Shown here: positions 9,689 through 18,261 of the stretch, piece after piece
Layout of the letters: every line of letters starts with the position of its first letter
Numbering within the stretch: position 1 is the first letter of the stretch
Origin: Omnitrophica WOR_2 bacterium RIFCSPHIGHO2_02_FULL_48_11
Lineage (GTDB): Bacteria > Omnitrophota > Gorgyraeia > Zapsychrales > GWA2-47-8
DNA: 52,522 nt
Direction of reading: 5' to 3'
NCBI GenBank assembly: GCA_001805615.1
Contig: MHGP01000035.1
Span: 10,222-62,743, forward strand
Position numbers and translations under genes: made by a program
The notes under the pieces: generated by a model
The model's database searches: none
Seen by the model: only the letters and a program-made list of their open reading frames with translations
What the model was told of the DNA's origin: nothing

Positions 9689-10440
9689 TCCTCCTTTTCA
9701 TGCTCCAGAGCAACTTGCGCTAAAGGTGAAAGGCGTAATATTTGGAAAAATTCTCCTAATCCCTTCGAGCCTACCGGAGAAAATAATCCTTTGTAGCGAA
9801 TGTTAAGCGACCATCGCGTTTCTTCTTCTTGGTTTAATGGGATCCCATGGACTAAGCCCGGCCAGAAAAAGAGTGCTTCCCCAAATTTCATCTCAAGCCG
9901 CGTTCCTTCTTTCTCGGTATATTTCTGAAATTGTTCATAACCTGAATCTAAATCAGATAAAAGCTCCAGTGCCTTGTCTGTTTTTGCTAAATTTAAAACA
10001 TACATTCCTTTTGTGGCATAGATATCCACCAAAGGAACCCAGCCCACCACTTCAAAGGGTGAATTGAGAGGAGAATCTCTATGGACCGGGGACGTATTGG
10101 AATCGCCGGGTTGTTGAATAACAAGATTCGTCCCTTTTTGGACTAAAATGTCCGGCCCGACGAGGTTCGTGAGAAGATCTTCATAGGCTTGATAAATTAA
10201 TTCCCCGGCATTTAAATTCTTCGAAATGTCATTATACAATTCAAAACGGCGGTCATTCAGCTGAGTCCCGGTAAGTTCATAATGGTGGAACTGATTAAAA
10301 AATTGCGTGGCATCTTCTCCATTATAGTCCACCATCTTCTTTGCTTTCTCGAATATTTGATCGCGCAGTTGCTCTAAGACATCGATCCTTTCCGCCGGCG
10401 CAATGATATAACCATTTTTTAAGAAAAATTCTCTGTCCAT
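9676..10440 (-). CDS. 2OG-Fe(II)/phytanoyl-CoA-dioxygenase-like oxygenase
   Basis: Candidate facial triad HxD (PVHRDSP) plus a distal His (GLVHGIP). Size of 254 aa and carbohydrate-cluster context fit. Confidence 0.6.
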   Translation of the reverse strand: MDREFFLKNGYIIAPAERIDVLEQLRDQIFEKAKKMVDYNGEDATQFFNQFHHYELTGTQLNDRRFELYNDISKNLNAGELIYQAYEDLLTNLVGPDILVQKGTNLVIQQPGDSNTSPVHRDSPLNSPFEVVGWVPLVDIYATKGMYVLNLAKTDKALELLSDLDSGYEQFQKYTEKEGTRLEMKFGEALFFWPGLVHGIPLNQEEETRWSLNIRYKGLFSPVGSKGLGEFFQILRLSPLAQVALEHEKEECSK

Positions 10441-10452
10441 GATGATTCCTTT

Positions 10453-11361
10453 CTAAATTGTTTTTTCAGTTAAAGTGGTTTCAGCTAAAAGTGTTTTTCG
10501 TATTCCTTCCGTAAGCGATGTAAATTTAAAATCGCCTATAATTTTAGATAAATTCCCATTGTTAAAAGCATTATCAACTTTGTTCTTGGATCTTTCTTTG
10601 AAACTAACCTTCAATTCTGTGCCAACCGCTTTCGCAACAATGTCTAACACCTGTCTAAACGTATAACTCTGTCCGCTCGCAACATTAACTACGCCGGAAT
10701 GTTTTTTTAACATCAATTGATCGATAAGCTTAACCACATCTTCAACAAACATAAATTCCCGCAGTTCAGAACCATCTCCCCAAAGCGTGATCAGCTCTTT
10801 ATTGATGGCGGCTTTTAAGAATCCTGCCGGGCCGTACGTTTTTCCCTGATCACCCGGGCCATAAATCAACGGCGGGCGAAGAATCAAAAGCGAGCTTTGC
10901 GGTTTTTGCTCAAATATTTTAGTGAACAACCGCTCCGATGTGTATTTCGCCAAACCATAATAAGACCGCGGCTGAATTAATGTTTCTTCAGTAATTTCTG
11001 TATTATGAATGTCCTCGCCATAAACCGCCGCGGAACTAAAAAAAACTAGTCGCTGAACTGGAGCGTTTTCCAAAACACGGCAGAGATTCACGCACATATG
11101 TACATTCTGCAAAAATGTTTCTGCGTTATCACTAAATTGACGTTTAATCGCCGAACACATAATCACGGCTGTTTCTAAATCAAAATTTTTTGCCAGCCGC
11201 TTGGCATCTTCATATTGCGTTAAATCCACTTGCTCAAGCGACTGACCAATGATTTCCAGGCCAGGATGCGTTCGACGGAAATAATTCTCCAAATGCCCGC
11301 CGATAAAACCGGTGTTTCCCAAAATCACTAACCGTCGAAATGTATGGGCTGGCTGCATCAT
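10453..11361 (-). CDS. NAD-dependent epimerase/dehydratase family protein (extended SDR)
   Basis: GNTGFIGGHL Rossmann motif, YGLAK catalytic YxxxK, 302 aa. Confidence 0.8.
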   Translation of the reverse strand: MMQPAHTFRRLVILGNTGFIGGHLENYFRRTHPGLEIIGQSLEQVDLTQYEDAKRLAKNFDLETAVIMCSAIKRQFSDNAETFLQNVHMCVNLCRVLENAPVQRLVFFSSAAVYGEDIHNTEITEETLIQPRSYYGLAKYTSERLFTKIFEQKPQSSLLILRPPLIYGPGDQGKTYGPAGFLKAAINKELITLWGDGSELREFMFVEDVVKLIDQLMLKKHSGVVNVASGQSYTFRQVLDIVAKAVGTELKVSFKERSKNKVDNAFNNGNLSKIIGDFKFTSLTEGIRKTLLAETTLTEKTI

Positions 11362-11366
11362 ATTTT

Positions 11367-12491
11367 TTAACTCTTTTTCATATTAATCAGGATCCGGCCC
11401 GCTTCGCCTTTTCGCAAAATCGCGATCGCCTCGTTGATTTCCTTAAGACTGAATTCATGCGTGATCAATTCGTCCAGTTTCAATTTTCCCGCCCGATAAA
11501 GCCGGATGTAACGCGGGATTTCCAGATGCGGCTGCGCATCGCCGCCGTGCGAACCTTTTAAAATTTTCTTAAAATGCAACGGCAAAGAATAAATCGAGAT
11601 ATTGTCGCCTTTTTTAGGGACTCCAACGAGTATCGTCTTGCCGTCGGGATGGGTCAATTCATAAGCAGTCTCGATCACGCGCGCGTTGCCGGTTGTGTCC
11701 ACGACCACGTCCGCCCCCTGAGCGCCGACCAGCTTCTTGATCTCTGCGAGGTAATCGGGATTCTTTTTAGAATTGAAACAATGCGTAACGCCGAATTTTT
11801 TCGCCATGTCCAATTTGGAATCAAACAGATCAACGCCGATGATCGGATGCGCAGAGGCCATCTGGGCGGATTGCGCGATATTCAAACCCACGCCGCCTAT
11901 CCCAAAGATCACGATCGACTGGCCGATTTTAAGCTGTGCGTTGTTATTGATCACCCCCATCGCGGTCGTGACCGAGCAGCCAAAAAGTGGTGCCAGGCGA
12001 AGATCAAAATCGTTAGGGATCGTCGTCAAACGATTCTCCGAAACGATCGCATAATCATTAAAAGTCGTTACCCATCCGGCATTGACTTTTTTCCCCTGCC
12101 TGCCGGCAGGCAGGACGTTCCAATCATACACCGGTGTTTCCGCTTGCAGACCGTCGCTCGGCTTCCAATGCATGACCACGTGATCGCCTTTCTTCATCCG
12201 CTTCACCCCCGGCCCAACGTCAAGGACGACACCTGAACCTTCGTGCCCTAAAAGGTGAGGCAAAAATTTATCCGGCCCCTTGGCGCCTTCGATCTCATTG
12301 ATCTGCGCGCCGCAAATACCGCTGTAGCGGACCTCGACCAAGACTTGCCCGAAAGACAACACTTTGGGCAAATCCAGCCGCGCCACGACGAGCGGTTTAT
12401 TCAGATCGACGAGGACCGCGGCCTGCATCGTCTTTTGCGCTGCGGCAGAAATTTTACTTTCTAAGATTTCTTGTTTCATAATTTTCCCCAA
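11367..12491 (-). CDS. Zinc-binding medium-chain alcohol dehydrogenase
   Basis: GHEGSGVV zinc-ligand motif and GIGGVGL nucleotide-binding motif. The true start may be an internal Met (MQAAVLVD..). Confidence 0.85.
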   Translation of the reverse strand: MGKIMKQEILESKISAAAQKTMQAAVLVDLNKPLVVARLDLPKVLSFGQVLVEVRYSGICGAQINEIEGAKGPDKFLPHLLGHEGSGVVLDVGPGVKRMKKGDHVVMHWKPSDGLQAETPVYDWNVLPAGRQGKKVNAGWVTTFNDYAIVSENRLTTIPNDFDLRLAPLFGCSVTTAMGVINNNAQLKIGQSIVIFGIGGVGLNIAQSAQMASAHPIIGVDLFDSKLDMAKKFGVTHCFNSKKNPDYLAEIKKLVGAQGADVVVDTTGNARVIETAYELTHPDGKTILVGVPKKGDNISIYSLPLHFKKILKGSHGGDAQPHLEIPRYIRLYRAGKLKLDELITHEFSLKEINEAIAILRKGEAGRILINMKKS

Positions 12492-12497
12492 TGTAAG

Positions 12498-13163
12498 TTA
12501 TTCGAAATAAATAAATTCATAATCGCCGGTATAACCAAAATGCCGGTACAACCAGACCCATTCTTCCTGGTCAAAAAAGGATTCACACGTCAAGGCCCAG
12601 CACTGCAGATTGAAAAGCTCTGCTTCGCTGCGGTAACTTTCGAGCATGACATAACCCTGTTTGCCGACGCGTTCGACTTCCTTTAAAGCTTTTTCCAATT
12701 CAAAGAGCCGCAGGTTATGAAAACATCCCAGGGATATCACCAGATCAAAATATTTATCTTTCCAGGGATAAGGCACGTCCTGCGCCTTGCGGCGGGTTAA
12801 ATGAGACCGTATGCCTTCGGGCGCGTCGGCGAGGCCGTGTTTGGAAATATCAAAACCATGCACCTCGGATTGCGGCAGCAATTGTTTTAATTCATACAAT
12901 AAATGGGCCTTGCCGCAGCCAATATCTAAAATTTTGGCATCCGGTTTTAAATGATACGTTTTGATAATATTTTCGGCAGCGGCTTTCCAGCGGCCGTCAT
13001 ATTTGTAACCGCCATATCCGTACCTTCGATCGCCGTCCCAATAATCAAATTCATATTCCTTGGCCTTCAACATGCAATGAATTTTGTCATCCACCATGCG
13101 GGCCAAATAATCTCTTTTAGTTCTTTTGTGCAACGGTGTCACGATCTCGCGCAGTTGTCCCAT
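12498..13163 (-). CDS. Class I SAM-dependent methyltransferase
   Basis: Motif I ILDIGCGKAHLL, 221 aa. Confidence 0.8.
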   Translation of the reverse strand: MGQLREIVTPLHKRTKRDYLARMVDDKIHCMLKAKEYEFDYWDGDRRYGYGGYKYDGRWKAAAENIIKTYHLKPDAKILDIGCGKAHLLYELKQLLPQSEVHGFDISKHGLADAPEGIRSHLTRRKAQDVPYPWKDKYFDLVISLGCFHNLRLFELEKALKEVERVGKQGYVMLESYRSEAELFNLQCWALTCESFFDQEEWVWLYRHFGYTGDYEFIYFE

Positions 13164-13167
13164 CGAT

Positions 13168-14187
13168 TTACTCCCGCTTTTCTTTTTTTATGGCGAGGCT
13201 CGCCTCGTATTTCGGCGAGGCGGCCTTTACCAATTCTGATTCTGATAGTTTTGCTGGAATTTCGCTATTCACTAAATTCTTCAGAACGTCCACCAGATGA
13301 TCCGTGGTGATCTTAAATTCTTTCATCAAACTCGCCTGTGAACCGTATTTCTTTGGGAATACATCCGGGATACCGATGCGTTTAAATTTTTTACCCGGAT
13401 TGAAATTGGCCTCGGCCAAAATTTCCGCCACCGCCCCGCCTAAACCGCCCAGGATAGTATGTTCTTCGATCGTCACCACCGTGGCAACCCGGTCTGCGGC
13501 TTTTAAAATACTTTCTTTATCCAAGGGTTTTACCGTCGGGACATGCAGAACAGTGATTTCTAACCCTTCCTGCGCCAAACGTTCGGCCGCTTCCAAACCA
13601 TTTTGCAAAGTAATACCGGTCGTGATCACCAACGCATCGCTGCCTTCGCGGTAGAGCAAGGCCTTGCCAATTTTAAAAGGAATATCTTCGCGCGTTACGA
13701 TGGGATCGCCACCCTTCGCAAAACGGATATACATCGGGCCAGGATAATCCAATGTCTGGGCCATCACCCGCCGCATTTCCTCCGCGTCCGCCGGCGCCAC
13801 AATCGTCATGTTGGGGATCGCGCGCAAAATCGCAATATCATCGATCGCTTCATGGGTCGGCCCTAAGGGCGTATAAACCAATCCGCCGCCGCTCGCCAGA
13901 AGCCGCACATTGACATTATGCAAACACAGATCCAGCACAATCTGCTCGAAACAGCGTCGAGTCAAGAAAGTGGCGATCGTGTTGATATAAACGATCTTCC
14001 CCTCCATCGCTAAACCCGCCGCGAGCCCCACGATATTGGCCTCGCTGACGCCTTCCATTAAGAAACGTTCCGGCATTTCATCTTTAAATTTCTGTAAGAC
14101 GCCGACACCCAGATCCGATCCTATAAAAAAGACGCGTTTATCTTTCTTCGCTAATTCATACACCACATCTAAGCTGGCTTGCCGCAT
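13168..14187 (-). CDS. Transketolase, C-terminal (pyrimidine-binding) subunit
   Basis: 339 aa with ..FLMEGVSEANIVGLAAGLA.. and a transketolase C-terminal domain layout. It lies immediately downstream of the N-terminal subunit gene. Confidence 0.9.
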   Translation of the reverse strand: MRQASLDVVYELAKKDKRVFFIGSDLGVGVLQKFKDEMPERFLMEGVSEANIVGLAAGLAMEGKIVYINTIATFLTRRCFEQIVLDLCLHNVNVRLLASGGGLVYTPLGPTHEAIDDIAILRAIPNMTIVAPADAEEMRRVMAQTLDYPGPMYIRFAKGGDPIVTREDIPFKIGKALLYREGSDALVITTGITLQNGLEAAERLAQEGLEITVLHVPTVKPLDKESILKAADRVATVVTIEEHTILGGLGGAVAEILAEANFNPGKKFKRIGIPDVFPKKYGSQASLMKEFKITTDHLVDVLKNLVNSEIPAKLSESELVKAASPKYEASLAIKKEKRE

Positions 14188-14190
14188 AAA

Positions 14191-15018
14191 TTACTCCACC
14201 TGTTCCAAAAGTTTTACGATCTCCTCATCGGAAACCTTGCTCTTGTGATGCCATTTCATATTGTTCTCGCAAAAGCTGATCCCTTTTCCCTTCACCGTAT
14301 GACAAATGATGGCGGTCGGTTTCTGTGAGTCGACCGGTAATGAAGAAAAAAGTTTACGCAAAGCTTCTACATCATGACCATCCACCTCGACCGTGCCAAA
14401 ACCGAAACTGCGCCATTTATCGGCAAAAGGTTCCAGGTCCTGGACTTCGAACGTCGTCGAGTAGGACTGGTGCTTGTTGTAGTCAACGATAACCGTCAGA
14501 TTGCTCAATTTATGTTTTCCGGCGGACAGCGCGGCTTCCCACACGGAACCCTCGTCACACTCACCGTCGCCGACAATCACAAAAACGCGGTGCTTGGCTT
14601 TTTCAATTTTTCCATTAAGCGCAAAACCTAAACCAATCGAAAGCCCGTGCCCCAAACTTCCCGTCGAAGCTTCAACACCCGGCACTTTATGCTCCGGATG
14701 CCCTCCCAAGATTCCGTCAGCCTTACAGAACTTCCACAATTCTGCTTCCGGGAAAAATCCTTTCTCGGCCAAAATAGTGTACAGTGCCAAACAGCCATGA
14801 CCTTTGCTTAAAATACAGCGGTCGCGGTCCTTCCAATGAGGGTTTTTCGCATCATAATGCAAAATATCGTCATAAAGAACGCGTAAAATCTCCACGACGG
14901 AAAACGCCGACCCAACGTGCCCCCGGCGCCCGGCATCTAAAATCTTAATGATCGTCCGGCGAAGCTCTTTGGAACGTTTATCCAACTGGGACTGACTATG
15001 CATGACTGGTTGATTCAT
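14191..15018 (-). CDS. Transketolase, N-terminal (thiamine-diphosphate-binding) subunit
   Basis: SKGHGCLALY, GSLGHGLSIGLG, and the ThDP motif GDGECDEGSVWEA...VIVDYN. Confidence 0.9.
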   Translation of the reverse strand: MNQPVMHSQSQLDKRSKELRRTIIKILDAGRRGHVGSAFSVVEILRVLYDDILHYDAKNPHWKDRDRCILSKGHGCLALYTILAEKGFFPEAELWKFCKADGILGGHPEHKVPGVEASTGSLGHGLSIGLGFALNGKIEKAKHRVFVIVGDGECDEGSVWEAALSAGKHKLSNLTVIVDYNKHQSYSTTFEVQDLEPFADKWRSFGFGTVEVDGHDVEALRKLFSSLPVDSQKPTAIICHTVKGKGISFCENNMKWHHKSKVSDEEIVKLLEQVE

Positions 15019-16069
15019 AATATTCCTTAACTGTCCTTAACATTTTCTGGGCTTTATGCAGTTGCTCTTTCAAAATCTTTTTTCGATCGCCCAACTCCCC
15101 TTGCGCGAATCCCCGGCGGAGCATGTCCTTGGGGACAAACTCATTCAAAAGGATCAACGTCCACTTCATGCTCCACAGCGGATAAAAAAGTTGAACCCGT
15201 TGCGCTAAATTCCGGTATTCGCCGAAGACCTGATAAATTTCTTTCGCAAACTGCTGCTGGGATGCCTCAGACAGGCTCATGCCCGGATGCAACAAGAAAT
15301 CCGAGATCATTTTCACCGGATCATCCCAGCCGAAATATTCGAAATCTAGAAAGACCAGGCTTCCGTCCGGGCGGCGCAAGGCATTGTGAAACCCAAAATC
15401 CGACGGGCTTAACGTCCTTTCACTGGCGCTGCTCTCCTCAGTAAAAGCAATGCCCCACTTCTCCAATTCTTTTTTCGTCTGTTCGATCGCGTGCTGTAAA
15501 AAAGGCAAATACTCGCTTTTAAGAAAATCATGCAGCCATTGGTATTCTTCCCCTTCACCTTGCACGGCCAGCAGCCGGTTAAATCGTTTTTCTAAATTAT
15601 CGAACAAGGCCTGCGCCGAAAAACACGCCTCGGAGGCGGGAGCAAAATCCTGTCCCCGCGCCTTACCGCGCAGATCCTTGAGCGTTGCCAAAAAATTCAC
15701 TGCGACAGTGATGTCTTGAGCGCTTACCGCCGAGGATACGATCTTTTCTCCGTCAATAAATCCATAAATAGCGCATGCATCTTTAACATCCGCCCGGATA
15801 GGCTCGGGGATGCATCTTACGCCGTTATTCCACAAAAATTGCAGACTGTTAAACTCAACGCCCGCGCGGTCACGCTTATCTCCCGGATGCTGAAAATAAA
15901 ATTTGGCAGCATAAAATTTTCCGCCCTGCGTTTCGATGCGGTAAACCCGGCTATTGCGTCCGCCGCCGATAGTTTCCGCCGAAACAACCGCCCGGCCCAA
16001 CAGGGCTGCGGCGATCCTTTTGGCTGCTTCGACCTGTGTTTTATCTTCTTGCCCCAGCGAAATAGTCAT
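14996..16069 (-). CDS. Aminoglycoside-phosphotransferase/choline-kinase-fold kinase
   Basis: Catalytic-loop-like FGFHNALRRPDG followed by FLDFEYFGWDDP (Mg-binding DFE-type motif), 357 aa. Confidence 0.7.
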   Translation of the reverse strand: MTISLGQEDKTQVEAAKRIAAALLGRAVVSAETIGGGRNSRVYRIETQGGKFYAAKFYFQHPGDKRDRAGVEFNSLQFLWNNGVRCIPEPIRADVKDACAIYGFIDGEKIVSSAVSAQDITVAVNFLATLKDLRGKARGQDFAPASEACFSAQALFDNLEKRFNRLLAVQGEGEEYQWLHDFLKSEYLPFLQHAIEQTKKELEKWGIAFTEESSASERTLSPSDFGFHNALRRPDGSLVFLDFEYFGWDDPVKMISDFLLHPGMSLSEASQQQFAKEIYQVFGEYRNLAQRVQLFYPLWSMKWTLILLNEFVPKDMLRRGFAQGELGDRKKILKEQLHKAQKMLRTVKEYYESTSHA

Positions 16070-16667
16070 AAATTTCTTCCCACGTCGATAAAACCCTGAC
16101 GCTTTTCAACGGTTGCCTTTTATCATTCGATGCATACAAAATTTTTTCAACATTATTCGGAAACGAATCTTCTAGAAAAGTTTCTTCCAGATCATCAATA
16201 AAATGCGTACAACCCAGTTGTTTAAGCCGGGCGATCTTTTCTGCCCGGGTCGATTCAAAAAATATCTGTTTCTTAGATAAACCTAATCCTCCTGCTGAGA
16301 AAAAACCATTTGCCCGCATCCAGTTTAAAGCGACATGCCGCAGATCAATTCCCTCACGGTCCATCGACGCAAATTGGGTTTTGTGACTGATAACGCACAC
16401 GTCCCATTTTTCTTTTTTACAAAATTCCACGAACTCTTTCACGCCGTCTATCAACTGGGCTTGATCCATGGCCTTACCATAAATAAAGGCCTGTAATTTC
16501 TGCCACTGAATATCACCGTCAGGCAACCGGCGGATATGGTCACGGATCTCCTTCTTATTCCGCGGCACTTGTCCGTTGATCAATCCCCAGGCCTGTGCCG
16601 TCTTAAGCATCACCGCGTCATAATTGACGATCGTATTATCAAAATCGATCCCGATGACGTGTTTCAT
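16041..16667 (-). CDS. HAD-superfamily hydrolase (putative sugar-phosphate phosphatase)
   Basis: N-terminal DxDxT motif (VIGIDFDNTIV), 208 aa. Confidence 0.75.
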   Translation of the reverse strand: MKHVIGIDFDNTIVNYDAVMLKTAQAWGLINGQVPRNKKEIRDHIRRLPDGDIQWQKLQAFIYGKAMDQAQLIDGVKEFVEFCKKEKWDVCVISHKTQFASMDREGIDLRHVALNWMRANGFFSAGGLGLSKKQIFFESTRAEKIARLKQLGCTHFIDDLEETFLEDSFPNNVEKILYASNDKRQPLKSVRVLSTWEEIYDYFAGARR

Positions 16668-17662
16668 TTTAAATGCACCGTTTTCATCGTGCGGATATTG
16701 TAATAACGGTCATCCGTCATCGAGTTGGGAATTTTATTCGCGTCAAAAGCCTTCTTAAGATCCAAGATCGCCTGTTCAATGGTGTGCCGCGGAGCAAAGT
16801 TCAGCTCCTTCTTGATCTTCTTGGAAGAAACATGATACGACCGGTTGTCATCCGTCGGCACAGTCTTGATCGGGACATGGTCGCCCACGATGGACTGGAC
16901 CATTTTGGCGATATCCTTGACTTTATGGTTCTCGTAACCGGCGTTATAAATTTTTTTGTGAATTTTTTCGTCCGGCAATTCCAGCAAATACACATAAAGG
17001 TCGGTCATGTCTTCGATATGAATATTCGGCCGCGTCTGATCGCCGCCGAAGACCGTGATCTCTTTTTTGTTGATGGCGTGATTGGTCAAAATATTGACCG
17101 TCAAATCTAAGCGCAGGCGCGGCGAATACCCGCACACCGTTGCCGGCCGCAAGATCGAAACGATAAAGTCATCCGTCGCTTCTTCTAAAAGAACATCTTC
17201 ACAAAGCGCTTTATATTTGGAATAATCGGTCAACGGCTCGAGCGAAAGTTCTTCCGTGACATCCGTCGTCTCCTTGATCCCGTAAACGCTCGAACTCGAG
17301 GCGTAAATAAACCGCTTCACCTTGTTTTTCTTGGCAATCTGGACCAACGGCCGAAAGGCATCATAGTTGATCGACTTCCCCAACCCCGGGTCCAGATCAA
17401 AACTGGGGTCATTGGAAATGCAGGCCAAGTGGATCACCGCATCCGTGCCCGGCATGATCTTTTCCAATAATTTCGTATCGCGCAGATCCCCCTTGATCTC
17501 GGTCAAATTGGGATGCCCTTGTACCTCTTTTAAGACAGCATCGCCGTAAAGATAAAGGTCCAACACCTTGACCTTATAACCTTTCTTGATAAGTTTGGGG
17601 ACCAGCACGGCCCCGACATAACCGGCACCGCCGGTGATCAAAATCGTCTGCAGCTTACTCAT
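16664..17662 (-). CDS. NAD-dependent epimerase/dehydratase (extended SDR)
   Basis: ILITGGAGYVG Rossmann motif and YSKYK (YxxxK). I place the start at Met23 of the ORF (MSKLQTIL..), which gives an ATGA overlap with the upstream stop at 17659. Confidence 0.85.
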   Translation of the reverse strand: MSKLQTILITGGAGYVGAVLVPKLIKKGYKVKVLDLYLYGDAVLKEVQGHPNLTEIKGDLRDTKLLEKIMPGTDAVIHLACISNDPSFDLDPGLGKSINYDAFRPLVQIAKKNKVKRFIYASSSSVYGIKETTDVTEELSLEPLTDYSKYKALCEDVLLEEATDDFIVSILRPATVCGYSPRLRLDLTVNILTNHAINKKEITVFGGDQTRPNIHIEDMTDLYVYLLELPDEKIHKKIYNAGYENHKVKDIAKMVQSIVGDHVPIKTVPTDDNRSYHVSSKKIKKELNFAPRHTIEQAILDLKKAFDANKIPNSMTDDRYYNIRTMKTVHLK

Positions 17663-18261
17663 AACGCCTCTACCTTTCGATTGGCTTTTAAGTTTTTTGC
17701 AATAATGACATCGATAAACATGTGACAAATAGCGTGATGGATCACTTCGACGTGACCATATTGCATGCTAGGAACATAAAAATTAATTTCACCTTTCGTC
17801 CTAAGGGGATTATTTTCCCCAAATCCAGAAAGAGTAATAATACGGATTTTCTTTTTCTGAGCAACATCGATCGCTCGTAAAATATTTTCAGACATCCCAG
17901 AACTGCTGATCGCGATTAAAACATCTTTCTCCTCGCCGAACATTTCAAGCGGTTTCTCAAATACATGCTTATAGCCATTGTCGTTGCCAATACAGGTCAA
18001 CGATACACTGTCATTGAAAGCCGTGGCGCGCACGCCGGCATTCTTCCAAAAATCGGTTGCCATATGACTGGCGATCGCGGAGCTCCCACCGTTTCCGATG
18101 AGCATAAGTTTTCCGCCGATATTGGTCTGCGCCAAAATCAAATTAATCGCGGATTCGACTGCCTCATCTAAAGCAGAAAGACCTTCTCCTTTTTTAGTTG
18201 TAACGATATCCTTCAATAAACTTATTAGCAACTGATGATTGTGGTTTATTTCTTCTTTCAT
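17659..18261 (-). CDS. gmhA: SIS-domain sugar-phosphate isomerase, sedoheptulose-7-phosphate isomerase-like
   Basis: LIGNGGSSAIASHMATDF and AISSSGMSENI closely follow GmhA-type SIS motifs. 200 aa. Confidence 0.7.
   Translation of the reverse strand: MKEEINHNHQLLISLLKDIVTTKKGEGLSALDEAVESAINLILAQTNIGGKLMLIGNGGSSAIASHMATDFWKNAGVRATAFNDSVSLTCIGNDNGYKHVFEKPLEMFGEEKDVLIAISSSGMSENILRAIDVAQKKKIRIITLSGFGENNPLRTKGEINFYVPSMQYGHVEVIHHAICHMFIDVIIAKNLKANRKVEAL

Noticed and set aside
17663-17728. N-terminal ORF extensions suggesting longer proteins. Cases: 17663..17728, 34147..34245, 48170..48295, 50507..50614, 19791..19844.
   Set aside because: The extensions overlap the 3' end of the upstream gene in another frame and precede the conserved N-terminal motif of each family. 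Internal starts restore typical lengths, and two of the five (17662 and 50506) also restore short 4-8-nt overlaps.
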